Positions 1 through 7,642 of a stretch of DNA of 30,849 nt are shown in pieces (within the stretch, counting starts at the first letter, position 1; every line of letters starts with the position of its first letter). The notes below the pieces were generated by a model. That model was not told the DNA's origin and searched no databases. It saw only the letters and a list, made by a program, of their open reading frames with translations. This DNA is from a virus (lineage: Duplodnaviria > Caudoviricetes). The stretch covers positions 1 through 30,849 of the IMG/VR virus record IMGVR_UViG_3300030330_005305. One strand, written 5' to 3'. The translations under genes were made by a program, and so were the position numbers.

Positions 1-114
1 GAAAGAAGAAGATTTTCTTCCGTTCGTTCGTTAGATTCTAATTCTAATTCTGATTCTAATTGTGCGGGGTTGAAAGCGCCCGATACCTCTGGCGTTCTAG
101 CGCTCTCGTTTTCA
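1..114. repeat. Terminal direct repeat, copy 1 (most likely circular-assembly overlap)
   Basis: Bases 1-114 are identical to 30736-30849, and a minus-strand ORF reads continuously through the join. Confidence 0.95.
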
Positions 115-467
115 CTTTTTTGTATATTTTTTGTTGTTCTTTGTGAAGATTTTGTATTTTTTAATTGCTCGACCTCGTGTTTATCGGTCTTGTAGGCAAA
201 AGATTTTGTATTTTTTTTGTCAGAATTTTTTGATTGTTTGTTAGAATCTTTTTTAACTCTGCTATTGCTTAGGTGTTCTCGAACAATTCGCAACAATGAG
301 TATACAATGTTGTACGATACTTTTTTATCTTTTGCGAAATGCCGCAAATTATACGACTGATTAGACACCTCTAGCATATACAACTCGCAATAAAGCTGCA
401 GCCGCTTTGGATCTCGTTTCGCGATGAGCCGATCTGGCACAATTGCGAAGTGTTGTTTTTTTCCCAT
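1..467 (-). CDS. Putative replication initiator (5' part; continues across the junction to 30645; 185 aa; not in ORF track)
   Basis: ATG at 467 is preceded by ACAACGAGGA, and the frame has no stop through base 1 and on from 30735 to TAA at 30645-30647. The protein is MGKKQHFAIVPDRL...YNLRHFAKDKKVSYNIVYSLLR (HTH-like), then a K/S/N-rich linker encoded over direct repeats, then an ESELELES tract. This layout is typical of lambda O-like phage initiators. Confidence 0.6.
   Translation of the reverse strand, partial: MGKKQHFAIVPDRLIAKRDPKRLQLYCELYMLEVSNQSYNLRHFAKDKKVSYNIVYSLLRIVREHLSNSRVKKDSNKQSKNSDKKNTKSFAYKTDKHEVEQLKNTKSSQRTTKNIQKSENESARTPEVSGAFNPAQLESELELESNERTEENLLL
146..216. repeat. Iteron-like 17-bp direct repeat AAGATTTTGTATTTTTT (146-162, 200-216); candidate replication origin
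   Basis: Two exact copies, with degenerate T-tract copies near 116-132 and 222-239, inside the initiator-like gene. Confidence 0.5.
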
Positions 468-560
468 TCCATTATCCTCGTTGTTATGATATATATGGTA
501 CATAGCTATCTTTAGCCTATATACATTATATATATAAACGATTAAAAAGTACAATTAAAA

Positions 561-1145
561 ATGAAATATATTGTGATTGATACAGAGACGACGGGACTAG
601 ATGCCGATCAACATGAAATTATAGAGTTCGGTGCGATCGTTATGATTAATGAGATCATCACAGAAACATTAGATATAAAAATACAGCCTAGATCGCTCGA
701 CCGTGCCACTCCAGAGGCGATGAGAGTTAATGGATACTCCGAATATAGATGGCGCAATGCTCTCTCCCAAGATCTCGCAGCTAAGATGATCTGGCAGTTC
801 TTAGAGCGCCATCGAGATGGAATAACAGTCGGTCATAATCTACATTTTGATCGCAAATTTATCGAGGCTTTCGGGCGATACAATAATCTTGAATTGAATC
901 TCTCGTCTCCATACCTCGACACAAGAGACATATGCCGCTCTGTTTTGGCCCCATATGGACTTGAGTCGATGCGATTAGATGACATATGCGAGTTCCTAGG
1001 ATGGAAGCGCAGGAATGCGCATACGGCGCTCTCTGATTGCGAGGATTGTATCAGAGTATTAAGAAGCATGTGCCCGCCAAAAATAAAATTCATCGCTCGA
1101 CTAGAGCTACAACAACAAATTAGAAGAATTAGGGGATTATTATGA
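561..1145 (+). CDS. DEDDh 3'-5' exonuclease (DnaQ/epsilon-like)
   Basis: ExoI VIDTETTG, ExoII GHNLHFD and ExoIII HTALSD motifs. Confidence 0.93.
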   Translation: MKYIVIDTETTGLDADQHEIIEFGAIVMINEIITETLDIKIQPRSLDRATPEAMRVNGYSEYRWRNALSQDLAAKMIWQFLERHRDGITVGHNLHFDRKFIEAFGRYNNLELNLSSPYLDTRDICRSVLAPYGLESMRLDDICEFLGWKRRNAHTALSDCEDCIRVLRSMCPPKIKFIARLELQQQIRRIRGLL

Positions 1146-1540
1146 TCGTTCGCGTTGTCTCATCAGATAGCCCAGTCGACAATGTAGGCAACAGCTTCGA
1201 CGTGTCAAAAATCATAACGATAGATATGGGTATGTTTCCGCCTTCAGCGGCGTATCGTGGATATACATCCCTCATAATTGGCCAGATAAGCAATATATCA
1301 AGCGCGACAACATTAACACTCCGAGTGTGTCGAGATACACTGGGCGATCAAATGATCATAACAGACACGACCAGCAATATATTTACAGGCCTCACAACAG
1401 CGACGAAAGGAACAGCGATCTGGGCCCTGAATGCTTTTGTTGGACTAGAAGAGAATGATCAATTACATGTGTTTCTGAAGACAAACAACGGCACTTGTGA
1501 TGTTGACTTCGTTGAAATTACATGGGGAGACAATAAATAA
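1142..1540 (+). CDS. Hypothetical protein, probably virion-associated (beta-strand-rich)
   Basis: 4-bp overlap with the exonuclease gene; T/S/G/I/V-rich; lies upstream of fibre-like genes. Confidence 0.6.
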   Translation: MIVRVVSSDSPVDNVGNSFDVSKIITIDMGMFPPSAAYRGYTSLIIGQISNISSATTLTLRVCRDTLGDQMIITDTTSNIFTGLTTATKGTAIWALNAFVGLEENDQLHVFLKTNNGTCDVDFVEITWGDNK

Positions 1541-1827
1541 TGGCTATCTCTCGTATCTTCAATGATGACGGAGGCACAATTCCGCCATCGAGTAGCTCCG
1601 GCTCGGAAATCACCGAGGATCTGACATCGCAGGTCAATGGGCTAAATGCGTCATTTATCACTAGCAATAAATATGTATCAGGTAAGCTCCGAGTGTATTA
1701 CAATGGGATCAGGGAGATCGTTGGGGACTCTGTTTCAGAAGCTCCGAATCGGCTCTCGTTTACGTTCGATTTTACGCCTCTCGCAGGTGATAAAGTCCTC
1801 GTAGACTACGAAAAAGATAATTCTTAA
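1540..1827 (+). CDS. Small virion/fibre-associated protein
   Basis: GGAG RBS. The pattern NG...F...LRVYYNG...FTF..PLAGDKVLVDY resembles the C-terminal domain of the next gene (NG...F...VTVNG...ISF...NGDKVAIRY). Confidence 0.65.
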   Translation: MAISRIFNDDGGTIPPSSSSGSEITEDLTSQVNGLNASFITSNKYVSGKLRVYYNGIREIVGDSVSEAPNRLSFTFDFTPLAGDKVLVDYEKDNS

Positions 1828-1862
1828 TCCCACAAAATAAATACATATATAGGAGTATACTC

Positions 1863-3245
1863 ATGAGTGTACAAATTCGCGGCCGTCAAATTATGGACAA
1901 TACCATAACAGCGGCTAAACTCGTTCTATCTGATAATTTTTCTTTTGCTGGATCGGTATCTGTTCCAGATCCTACGGCCGACGGACATGCCGCAAATAAA
2001 GGCTATGTCGATGGATTGATCCAAGGCTTACACCCAAAGGAAGCTGTCCGTGTTTTGTCCAAGTCGAACGTCGATATCTCTAGCGCTCCAGCGACTATCG
2101 ATGGCGTTACTATGGGCGAAAAAGATCGTGTTTGCTTGACCAATCAGAGCACGGCCACTGAAAACGGAATCTATAAATACTCTTCGAGCGGATCGGCTAT
2201 GTCTCGTACTGGTGATGCTGATACCTTCAAGAAGTTACAAAGCGCCTATTTCTTTGTAAAAGAAGGAACCAGCGCTGATGAGGGGTTCGTCCAAACTGCC
2301 GAACTTACATCTTTCGCCGGTCAAACATATGTTCAGTTCAGTTCTGCTGGAAACATCGTTGCTGGCAATGGTTTAGCGAAATCAGGAAATACGCTCTCTG
2401 TCAATGTTGACGGCTCTAGTTTGGAGATCTCTAGTGATTCATTGCAGGTAAAAGCTGGTGGAATTACCAACACCATGCTCGCTGGAAGCATCGAGAACAG
2501 TAAACTCAGCAACAGCGCGATTAGCATTGCTGGATCTTCAATCTCTCTGGGCGGCACAATTACAGCCGCTTCTATTCTTGGCGCGGGCTCAACTAGTAAT
2601 CTGCCTGAAGGATCGAATTTATATTATACGGACGCAAGAGCACAAGCAGCGATCACTGTATCCGATTCTTCTGAGGTTGATCTTTCTATCTCTAGCGGTG
2701 AAATTAGCGCAGTACTGAAAGACGGATCGATCGCAAATGCTCGACTTGCTAACAGCGCGATCGAAATCGCCGGCGCTTCTACTGCTCTTGGTGGATCAAT
2801 CTCAGCCGCTTCTATTCTTGGTGCATCCAATACGGATTCTTTGGGTGAGGGAAGCAGCAATCTGTACTTCACGAACGCGAGAGCACAAGCGGCTATTACT
2901 GTTGCTGATTCTTCTGAAGTTGACCTAAGCTACTCTGGTGGACAGATTAGCGCAGCATTGAAGGCCGATTCTGTTGCTCTCTCGAAAGTGTCCTACCAAG
3001 GATATTACGAGAGCTTCACCGCAAACGGATCAAGCGCTGGATTTGATCTTGCACGTGCGATAAAAGCTAATCTTGCTCAGTCGTTCGTCGTTACTGTTAA
3101 TGGTTTGGTGATGGATTACAAAGCCTCACCCGATGCCAAAGACAATTTTAAAATCGACAATACTGGGGCCGGATCTGTTGGAAAAATTAGTTTCGGCGCA
3201 AATCTCGACAATGGCGATAAAGTAGCCATTCGCTACGTTGCCTAA
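1863..3245 (+). CDS. Tail or head fibre-like structural protein
   Basis: AGGAG RBS; PTADGHAANKGYVD fibre-type motif; G/S/A-rich; internal 80-aa duplication containing EGSNLY[YF]T.ARA. Confidence 0.75.
   Translation: MSVQIRGRQIMDNTITAAKLVLSDNFSFAGSVSVPDPTADGHAANKGYVDGLIQGLHPKEAVRVLSKSNVDISSAPATIDGVTMGEKDRVCLTNQSTATENGIYKYSSSGSAMSRTGDADTFKKLQSAYFFVKEGTSADEGFVQTAELTSFAGQTYVQFSSAGNIVAGNGLAKSGNTLSVNVDGSSLEISSDSLQVKAGGITNTMLAGSIENSKLSNSAISIAGSSISLGGTITAASILGAGSTSNLPEGSNLYYTDARAQAAITVSDSSEVDLSISSGEISAVLKDGSIANARLANSAIEIAGASTALGGSISAASILGASNTDSLGEGSSNLYFTNARAQAAITVADSSEVDLSYSGGQISAALKADSVALSKVSYQGYYESFTANGSSAGFDLARAIKANLAQSFVVTVNGLVMDYKASPDAKDNFKIDNTGAGSVGKISFGANLDNGDKVAIRYVA
2511..2990 (+). repeat. 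Intragenic tandem duplication, 240-bp (80-aa) period
   Basis: AACAGCGCGA at 2511 and 2751. Both units encode NSAI.IAG....LGG.I.AASILGA...EG..LY.T.ARAQAAITV.DSSEVDLS.S.G.ISA.LK. Confidence 0.9.
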
Positions 3246-3265
3246 CCTCAACTCCCTCCTAAAAT

Positions 3266-3296
3266 AAAAGGGCTGGTCAATTGACCAGCCCTTTTT
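3266..3296. terminator. Bidirectional intrinsic terminator (perfect 30-bp palindrome)
   Basis: AAAAGGGCTGGTCAATTGACCAGCCCTTTT lies between convergent genes. Confidence 0.85.
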
Positions 3297-3319
3297 CTAT
3301 CCTTTCAACATTTTTCGCA

Positions 3320-3478
3320 CTAAGCATGCTCGATTATATCATCTCCGAACATGATCATCCAGAAAACACAAGTTCTTTTTTGTGTTTCTGATCTCTTGAC
3401 AAGTCTAGCCATAGCTAGAGTTTCAGAAAAGCGCGTGCGGCTCGTGCCGTCCTCAAAGAGGACTGTAACTTTATACAT
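3320..3478 (-). CDS. Small hypothetical protein (52 aa, MYKVTVLFEDGTSRTRF...; not in ORF track)
   Basis: AAGGTGA SD-like sequence; overlaps the stop of the upstream mini-ORF; ends just before the terminator. Confidence 0.55.
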   Translation of the reverse strand: MYKVTVLFEDGTSRTRFSETLAMARLVKRSETQKRTCVFWMIMFGDDIIEHA

Positions 3479-3563
3479 AGATCACCTTGATAATATAGAG
3501 TGCTAGATACATAGATCCTGAGACGGCGCAAAAGTAAAAAGAGGATTCGCATATCGTTTTCAT
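3471..3563 (-). CDS. Small hydrophobic peptide (30 aa, MKTICESSFYFCAVSGSMYLALYIIKVIYV; not in ORF track)
   Basis: AGGAGAACAACAATG leader; ATG overlaps the TGA of the upstream gene. Confidence 0.5.
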   Translation of the reverse strand: MKTICESSFYFCAVSGSMYLALYIIKVIYV

Positions 3564-3880
3564 TGTTGTTCTCCTTTATTAAATCGCCCTTCTTCTGTAG
3601 CTTCGCATAGCTCTTCGTATGCTTTATCTGAGGCTTCTCGAATAACATCAAGAAACTTGATATCTGTATCCTCATCTACATCGACATAGACTTCTGAAGT
3701 GTACAGATAGAGTGATCCGCTCGATCCTTGCTCTTGACACATTGAATCGAAGTGATGCTCGATTCGTTCATGATAAAATTCAGTGGCTGAATCATAGTCA
3801 AATTCATCTGGATCTAAATCCCAATTAATCGGGTATGATGCCCGACCAAATTCGCTGGCTGTGATGGATGTTGTAGTCAT
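3560..3880 (-). CDS. Small, highly acidic protein (DNA-mimic candidate)
   Basis: About 27 D/E against 7 K/R in 106 aa; GGAG/GAGG RBS; translationally coupled to the upstream ORF. Confidence 0.7.
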   Translation of the reverse strand: MTTTSITASEFGRASYPINWDLDPDEFDYDSATEFYHERIEHHFDSMCQEQGSSGSLYLYTSEVYVDVDEDTDIKFLDVIREASDKAYEELCEATEEGRFNKGEQQ

Positions 3881-4035
3881 TCCGCCTCCTCTGGAGCTTC
3901 TTCTAGAAGCTCTTCTAGTTCAAAAATAACAGGCCACCAAGATTCTGCTGTTGCGAAGAGTTCTTCCTCTTCGCATTTTTCTATACGCTTCAAGATCAAG
4001 CGTATCTTTAGTTGTAATTCTTTTTTTGTTTTCAT
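3877..4035 (-). CDS. Small hypothetical protein (52 aa, start revised to MKTKKELQ)
   Basis: CAACAACAACGGAGATAAAAATG leader at 4033-4055; the longer ORF-track start lies inside the promoter. Confidence 0.7.
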   Translation of the reverse strand: MKTKKELQLKIRLILKRIEKCEEEELFATAESWWPVIFELEELLEEAPEEAE

Positions 4036-4090
4036 TTTTATCTCCGTTGTTGTTGATGTAAAGAAGATTAGTTTTTCTTTACATATATCT

Positions 4091-4118
4091 ATTATACATA
4101 TTATATACACTATTGCAA
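4091..4118 (-). promoter_or_regulatory. Sigma70-like promoter TTGCAA-N16-TATAAT, followed by a 5' stem-loop (4056-4084)
   Basis: Consensus-like hexamers upstream of the cassette; inverted repeat ATGTAAAGAA...TTCTTTACAT. Confidence 0.6.
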
Positions 4119-4138
4119 CATTTATTTTTAATATTGCT

Positions 4139-4176
4139 AAAATAAAATAGCCCGATCGAGGAATGATCGGGCTATT
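4139..4176 (-). terminator. Intrinsic terminator after the lysis genes
   Basis: AATAGCCCGATC-N7-GATCGGGCTATT stem followed by a T-rich tract on the minus strand. Confidence 0.8.
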
Positions 4177-4216
4177 AACAACGAAGAATTAGGGCTTTCA
4201 CCCTGTTCCGATAGTA

Positions 4217-4633
4217 TCACGGATTAAGGTTTGGCGCAATGCCGTTGGGAATTTGTGATCGGGCTATCTCTCTCATTTTAAGCTCTTGTACAACCTCTGA
4301 TAGCCCCTGTAGCTTGTTTGCCAACTCATCCACTTTTTTCTCTACCTGATCCATTTGTATATCTAATTTAGAGATCTCAGATACGATCGATTCTCTTATT
4401 TTTTCTTCTTTGTCTTGGTACATTTTAATTACATCGTCATAGCGAGCACGGAGAGCCTCTTGATCTTTCTCATAGCGCTCTCGAAGGCTATCTTCTCGTG
4501 ACTCCGATCGTTTATCTCGTGCATCGAGGCGCTTCTGTTGATAGAAAAATTGCCACAAAAGAAACGCAGCAAAGCCGGCATTTGCGCCGCCATTGATCAA
4601 CAATTCGATTAATTGTGTCTCACCCATGATCAT
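4217..4633 (-). CDS. Putative holin (BhlA/UviB-like single TM helix plus coiled coil)
   Basis: LINGGANAGFAAFLLWQFFYQQK TM segment followed by a charged coiled coil; ATGA overlap with the upstream endolysin candidate. Confidence 0.65.
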   Translation of the reverse strand: MIMGETQLIELLINGGANAGFAAFLLWQFFYQQKRLDARDKRSESREDSLRERYEKDQEALRARYDDVIKMYQDKEEKIRESIVSEISKLDIQMDQVEKKVDELANKLQGLSEVVQELKMREIARSQIPNGIAPNLNP

Positions 4634-5229
4634 TTCCCCATGATCAGTGTATACGTGAAGCTGCGCCAATCGTTGTGCGCTATCTGCTCTCGACAGATGC
4701 CCATGAACTCATCGAAATCGTCGCTATTCTGGAATACAGTACAACCCGCGCTCCACTTGCCAACAATGACCGAGTCGGCCCCTGCTTTGTGTATATTGAT
4801 CCCGAAATAGCCTTCATATACCTCACCCATCATGTCATGGATATGATCCTTGTTTCGATCACGCCAAACTTTTACCGTGCCGTTTCGCTGGCATAGCGCA
4901 TCATATTTGCCGCCGTGTTTATCAATCTTATATACTCCTCTCATTTGCTGAGGATGGCACAGAATAGCCGTTCCGCTCGGCATGTTGTAGTTTTTCAGGT
5001 AATACATACCCGCGTCCGTTGTGCATCGATACACATGCCAATGCCATAGCCCTCGCGCTCGATACAGAACATTGATATAATCGTCGAATTTATCTGCCTC
5101 ACCATGAGGATTGCGCTCTCCGATGATGTTAAGGTCGTAGTCATGCCCAGAGTCAAAGACGGTAAAGCCAAGAGCTTCGACGCGGTCGAGTATTTCAGGA
5201 CGAAGATTATTTTCTACAAAGATTCTCAT
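4630..5229 (-). CDS. Putative endolysin with L,D-transpeptidase (YkuD)-like catalytic motif
   Basis: GINIH...WSAGC matches the H-xn-S-x-G-C pattern; located after the tail genes and next to the holin-like gene. Confidence 0.65.
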   Translation of the reverse strand: MRIFVENNLRPEILDRVEALGFTVFDSGHDYDLNIIGERNPHGEADKFDDYINVLYRARGLWHWHVYRCTTDAGMYYLKNYNMPSGTAILCHPQQMRGVYKIDKHGGKYDALCQRNGTVKVWRDRNKDHIHDMMGEVYEGYFGINIHKAGADSVIVGKWSAGCTVFQNSDDFDEFMGICREQIAHNDWRSFTYTLIMGK

Positions 5230-6764
5230 TTACCAATTATCCCTATTGTCAATATACATCGAGATTGATTTGGTAGCCATCGATTGCCGAGCACCATGCC
5301 GCGCTTGCCTCGATATGTTTTTCCCACTGGATCATTAAATCCATAGATCAGGCTCGATGTAATCGCAACGATATCGCCTGCGACAAGACCCGCAAATCGC
5401 TCCTGAACGGCTAAAGTAAGCTCTTCGTAGGTGTACAGATCCCAAGCGGACATCCTAGCGCCGTCGGCGCTGGCCTTGCTCGACTGTACGGGGCTATCTA
5501 TACGATAGATTAGAGAATTATCCCTCTTGATCTCGTTATTGGCTGGAAGCGCTTTAACGTTTGAGACGTTTTCCGTGTATTTTGCTTGTACGCCCGAGCT
5601 AGAGCTATAGATGACAGTCGAATTGCTATAAACTACCGACTGAGACGGCGAGTATATAGCATGAGACTCTATTGCTATTATGTCTGTCTCTCTGATCGCG
5701 GTGATCGGTAGATTTGCACAGGCTTTCTCGGGATCTTGGCAGACTCGCCATGAGATGCGCCCCTGCCGAAACACCGGCCACATTCCGATCTGAAGAAAAG
5801 AATTTAGGAGGTGCCGAATTCCTGAATCTTGATTCTTTTCGATGACAAGTTGACACTCATGCGTTCCTGATGTTGTTCTCCAAGCTAGATACCATTGATC
5901 CATGTTGATCTTATCGATTATATCTGGGTTCCAATTGATACCAGATCCCCAAGATCTCGGATAGTCATCAGCCCATCCTTGCGTTCCATTGCCGGTACTC
6001 ATGACGGTTCTAGCGAAGATGTAATCTGCTCTAGCTTGCAATCGAGCGAGCGAAGTCACTTTGCTCCCTGAATTTAGAACGTTTAAATTGGCTGTTGCTG
6101 GCCAAGCTCCTGTATTCGTTATTGTTAGATAGCCGGCCGGCGCTGAGGTTGTTGTCTTGCTGCTCCATGTATAGTAGCTAGTGCTCCCGCTTCCATTGTC
6201 AACAAAGATCATTCCATCGTAATTCGAATCCTTCTCGAAAGCGGTTATGTCTGCTAGATACAGATTAGCACTCGCCGACATATTAAAATTAGTTGATACT
6301 GTCGTTTCTGTGCCTGCATTATAATAGAAGCTCAATTGATCGGCTTTTGTGCTTAATCGCGTCGTCATTGCAGATATAAAATCACCGAACTCCAATCTCC
6401 ATACACCTCGCCCGCCCGTCAGTGATCGAAGCTGCCCGATAGCGATTCGCTCTGGCTGCTGTCTATTGCGTCTCATAAACAACTCAGTGATCATGCCTTT
6501 CCTGAATGATGATGTATCGATCGGTCTAAGATCTCCATTGATCTGTATCGTAAAGCCGCCGAAGTTAACGCTCCATCTCTGAGGCGTTACCCTAGCATTG
6601 TCAATCGTAACAGAGGCCGCTCCTATATTGATTAAGCTACTCGTTGTAATCGTTGAGCCAGCACCGAGAAAATAATCATTTGTCGACGGGATAAATCTGA
6701 GTGCGTATTCGATCGATTTGCTTGGTGCATCGAGGCTAGATAAAAATGCAGAACCCCAACTCAT
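5226..6764 (-). CDS. Tail tip/hub protein (putative)
   Basis: 512 aa, second gene after the tape measure, coupled by 4-bp overlaps; assigned by synteny only. Confidence 0.6.
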   Translation of the reverse strand: MSWGSAFLSSLDAPSKSIEYALRFIPSTNDYFLGAGSTITTSSLINIGAASVTIDNARVTPQRWSVNFGGFTIQINGDLRPIDTSSFRKGMITELFMRRNRQQPERIAIGQLRSLTGGRGVWRLEFGDFISAMTTRLSTKADQLSFYYNAGTETTVSTNFNMSASANLYLADITAFEKDSNYDGMIFVDNGSGSTSYYTWSSKTTTSAPAGYLTITNTGAWPATANLNVLNSGSKVTSLARLQARADYIFARTVMSTGNGTQGWADDYPRSWGSGINWNPDIIDKINMDQWYLAWRTTSGTHECQLVIEKNQDSGIRHLLNSFLQIGMWPVFRQGRISWRVCQDPEKACANLPITAIRETDIIAIESHAIYSPSQSVVYSNSTVIYSSSSGVQAKYTENVSNVKALPANNEIKRDNSLIYRIDSPVQSSKASADGARMSAWDLYTYEELTLAVQERFAGLVAGDIVAITSSLIYGFNDPVGKTYRGKRGMVLGNRWLPNQSRCILTIGIIGK

Positions 6765-7642
6765 TCGAGTTCTCCTTGCACTTCTGGCGCAGACTCCTCG
6801 AACATTTGCGGTATATCCTGTGCTCGCTCTCTGAATCGCTTCGGTACTCCGTCGATCCCTGTCTCTCTTTGTCCCTGCGGAAGCTCTCCTGTTGCTGATG
6901 GCGTTGTCGATAGTTGCGATCCTATACTAGTTACACCATCATAGCTATCAGGATGAAAAGCGAATAGTGTTTCGTAGTCTGGAGTGAGACGGATAGAGAG
7001 CGAAAAAAGACGGCCGTTTTCATTTGTTATTATATTGCGTCCTATATCTGATTGCGGTCTCTTGAGGACGGGCCATGTACGATACTGGCGAGCGAAAGCC
7101 CTTCTATTATAGTCAAAATTCAATCTTTTCTCGATCGTAAAAGATCCTCCTGTCAGGCCGCTAAGATTAGAAGAGGAGTCAATCTTCTGCATCTCCTGTA
7201 GCATCGCCGGCGGGCGTGACTCGATTACAATATAATCACCAGAAGCCGGTGTAATATCGCTTGATGTTGTGTCCATAAAATCAACGAACGGATTAGCAAA
7301 TGCCGTTATTGTCTTCGTTCCGGCGTTAAGATAATTATGGATAGGGGCCGCCCATGCTTTGGTATGGTCTGCGGTGAACGCACATGAGAAACCCCTATCG
7401 AGGTGATTTTGTAGGGCCATCATTTGATAAACAAGATCTTCGCCGAGCTTCAATCTATCGCGTTGTATCGTGATCACCTCGCCCATAACACCGACAGATC
7501 GTTGTCGTTGTCCTGTTAATGATATGCCATCAACAGCATCAACGATGAAATCAGAGAACAATTCCCCGAGATCTTCGCCCAGATCAATCTCGACGAGGTG
7601 CGATCCGTTCGGCTCTGGATAGTAGTAGAATTTAGCGCTCAT
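6761..7642 (-). CDS. Distal tail/minor tail protein (putative)
   Basis: Immediately downstream of the tape measure; assigned by synteny. Confidence 0.6.
   Translation of the reverse strand: MSAKFYYYPEPNGSHLVEIDLGEDLGELFSDFIVDAVDGISLTGQRQRSVGVMGEVITIQRDRLKLGEDLVYQMMALQNHLDRGFSCAFTADHTKAWAAPIHNYLNAGTKTITAFANPFVDFMDTTSSDITPASGDYIVIESRPPAMLQEMQKIDSSSNLSGLTGGSFTIEKRLNFDYNRRAFARQYRTWPVLKRPQSDIGRNIITNENGRLFSLSIRLTPDYETLFAFHPDSYDGVTSIGSQLSTTPSATGELPQGQRETGIDGVPKRFRERAQDIPQMFEESAPEVQGELE

Noticed and set aside
1-114. 114-bp terminal repeat as a biological direct terminal repeat
   Set aside because: It falls inside a continuous ORF, so an assembler overlap on a circular or permuted genome is more likely. 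The true packaging ends cannot be determined from this sequence.
2511-2990. Fibre duplication as a DGR template/variable repeat pair
   Set aside because: No reverse transcriptase is present, both copies are in-frame coding repeats, and the differences are not confined to adenines.
3266-3295. Perfect 30-bp palindrome as a protelomerase (telRL) or recombination site
   Set aside because: No protelomerase or recombinase gene is present. The A/T tails and position between convergent genes fit a bidirectional terminator.
3415-3675. 86-aa minus-strand ORF
   Set aside because: It overlaps three better-supported, RBS-bearing ORFs in other frames.
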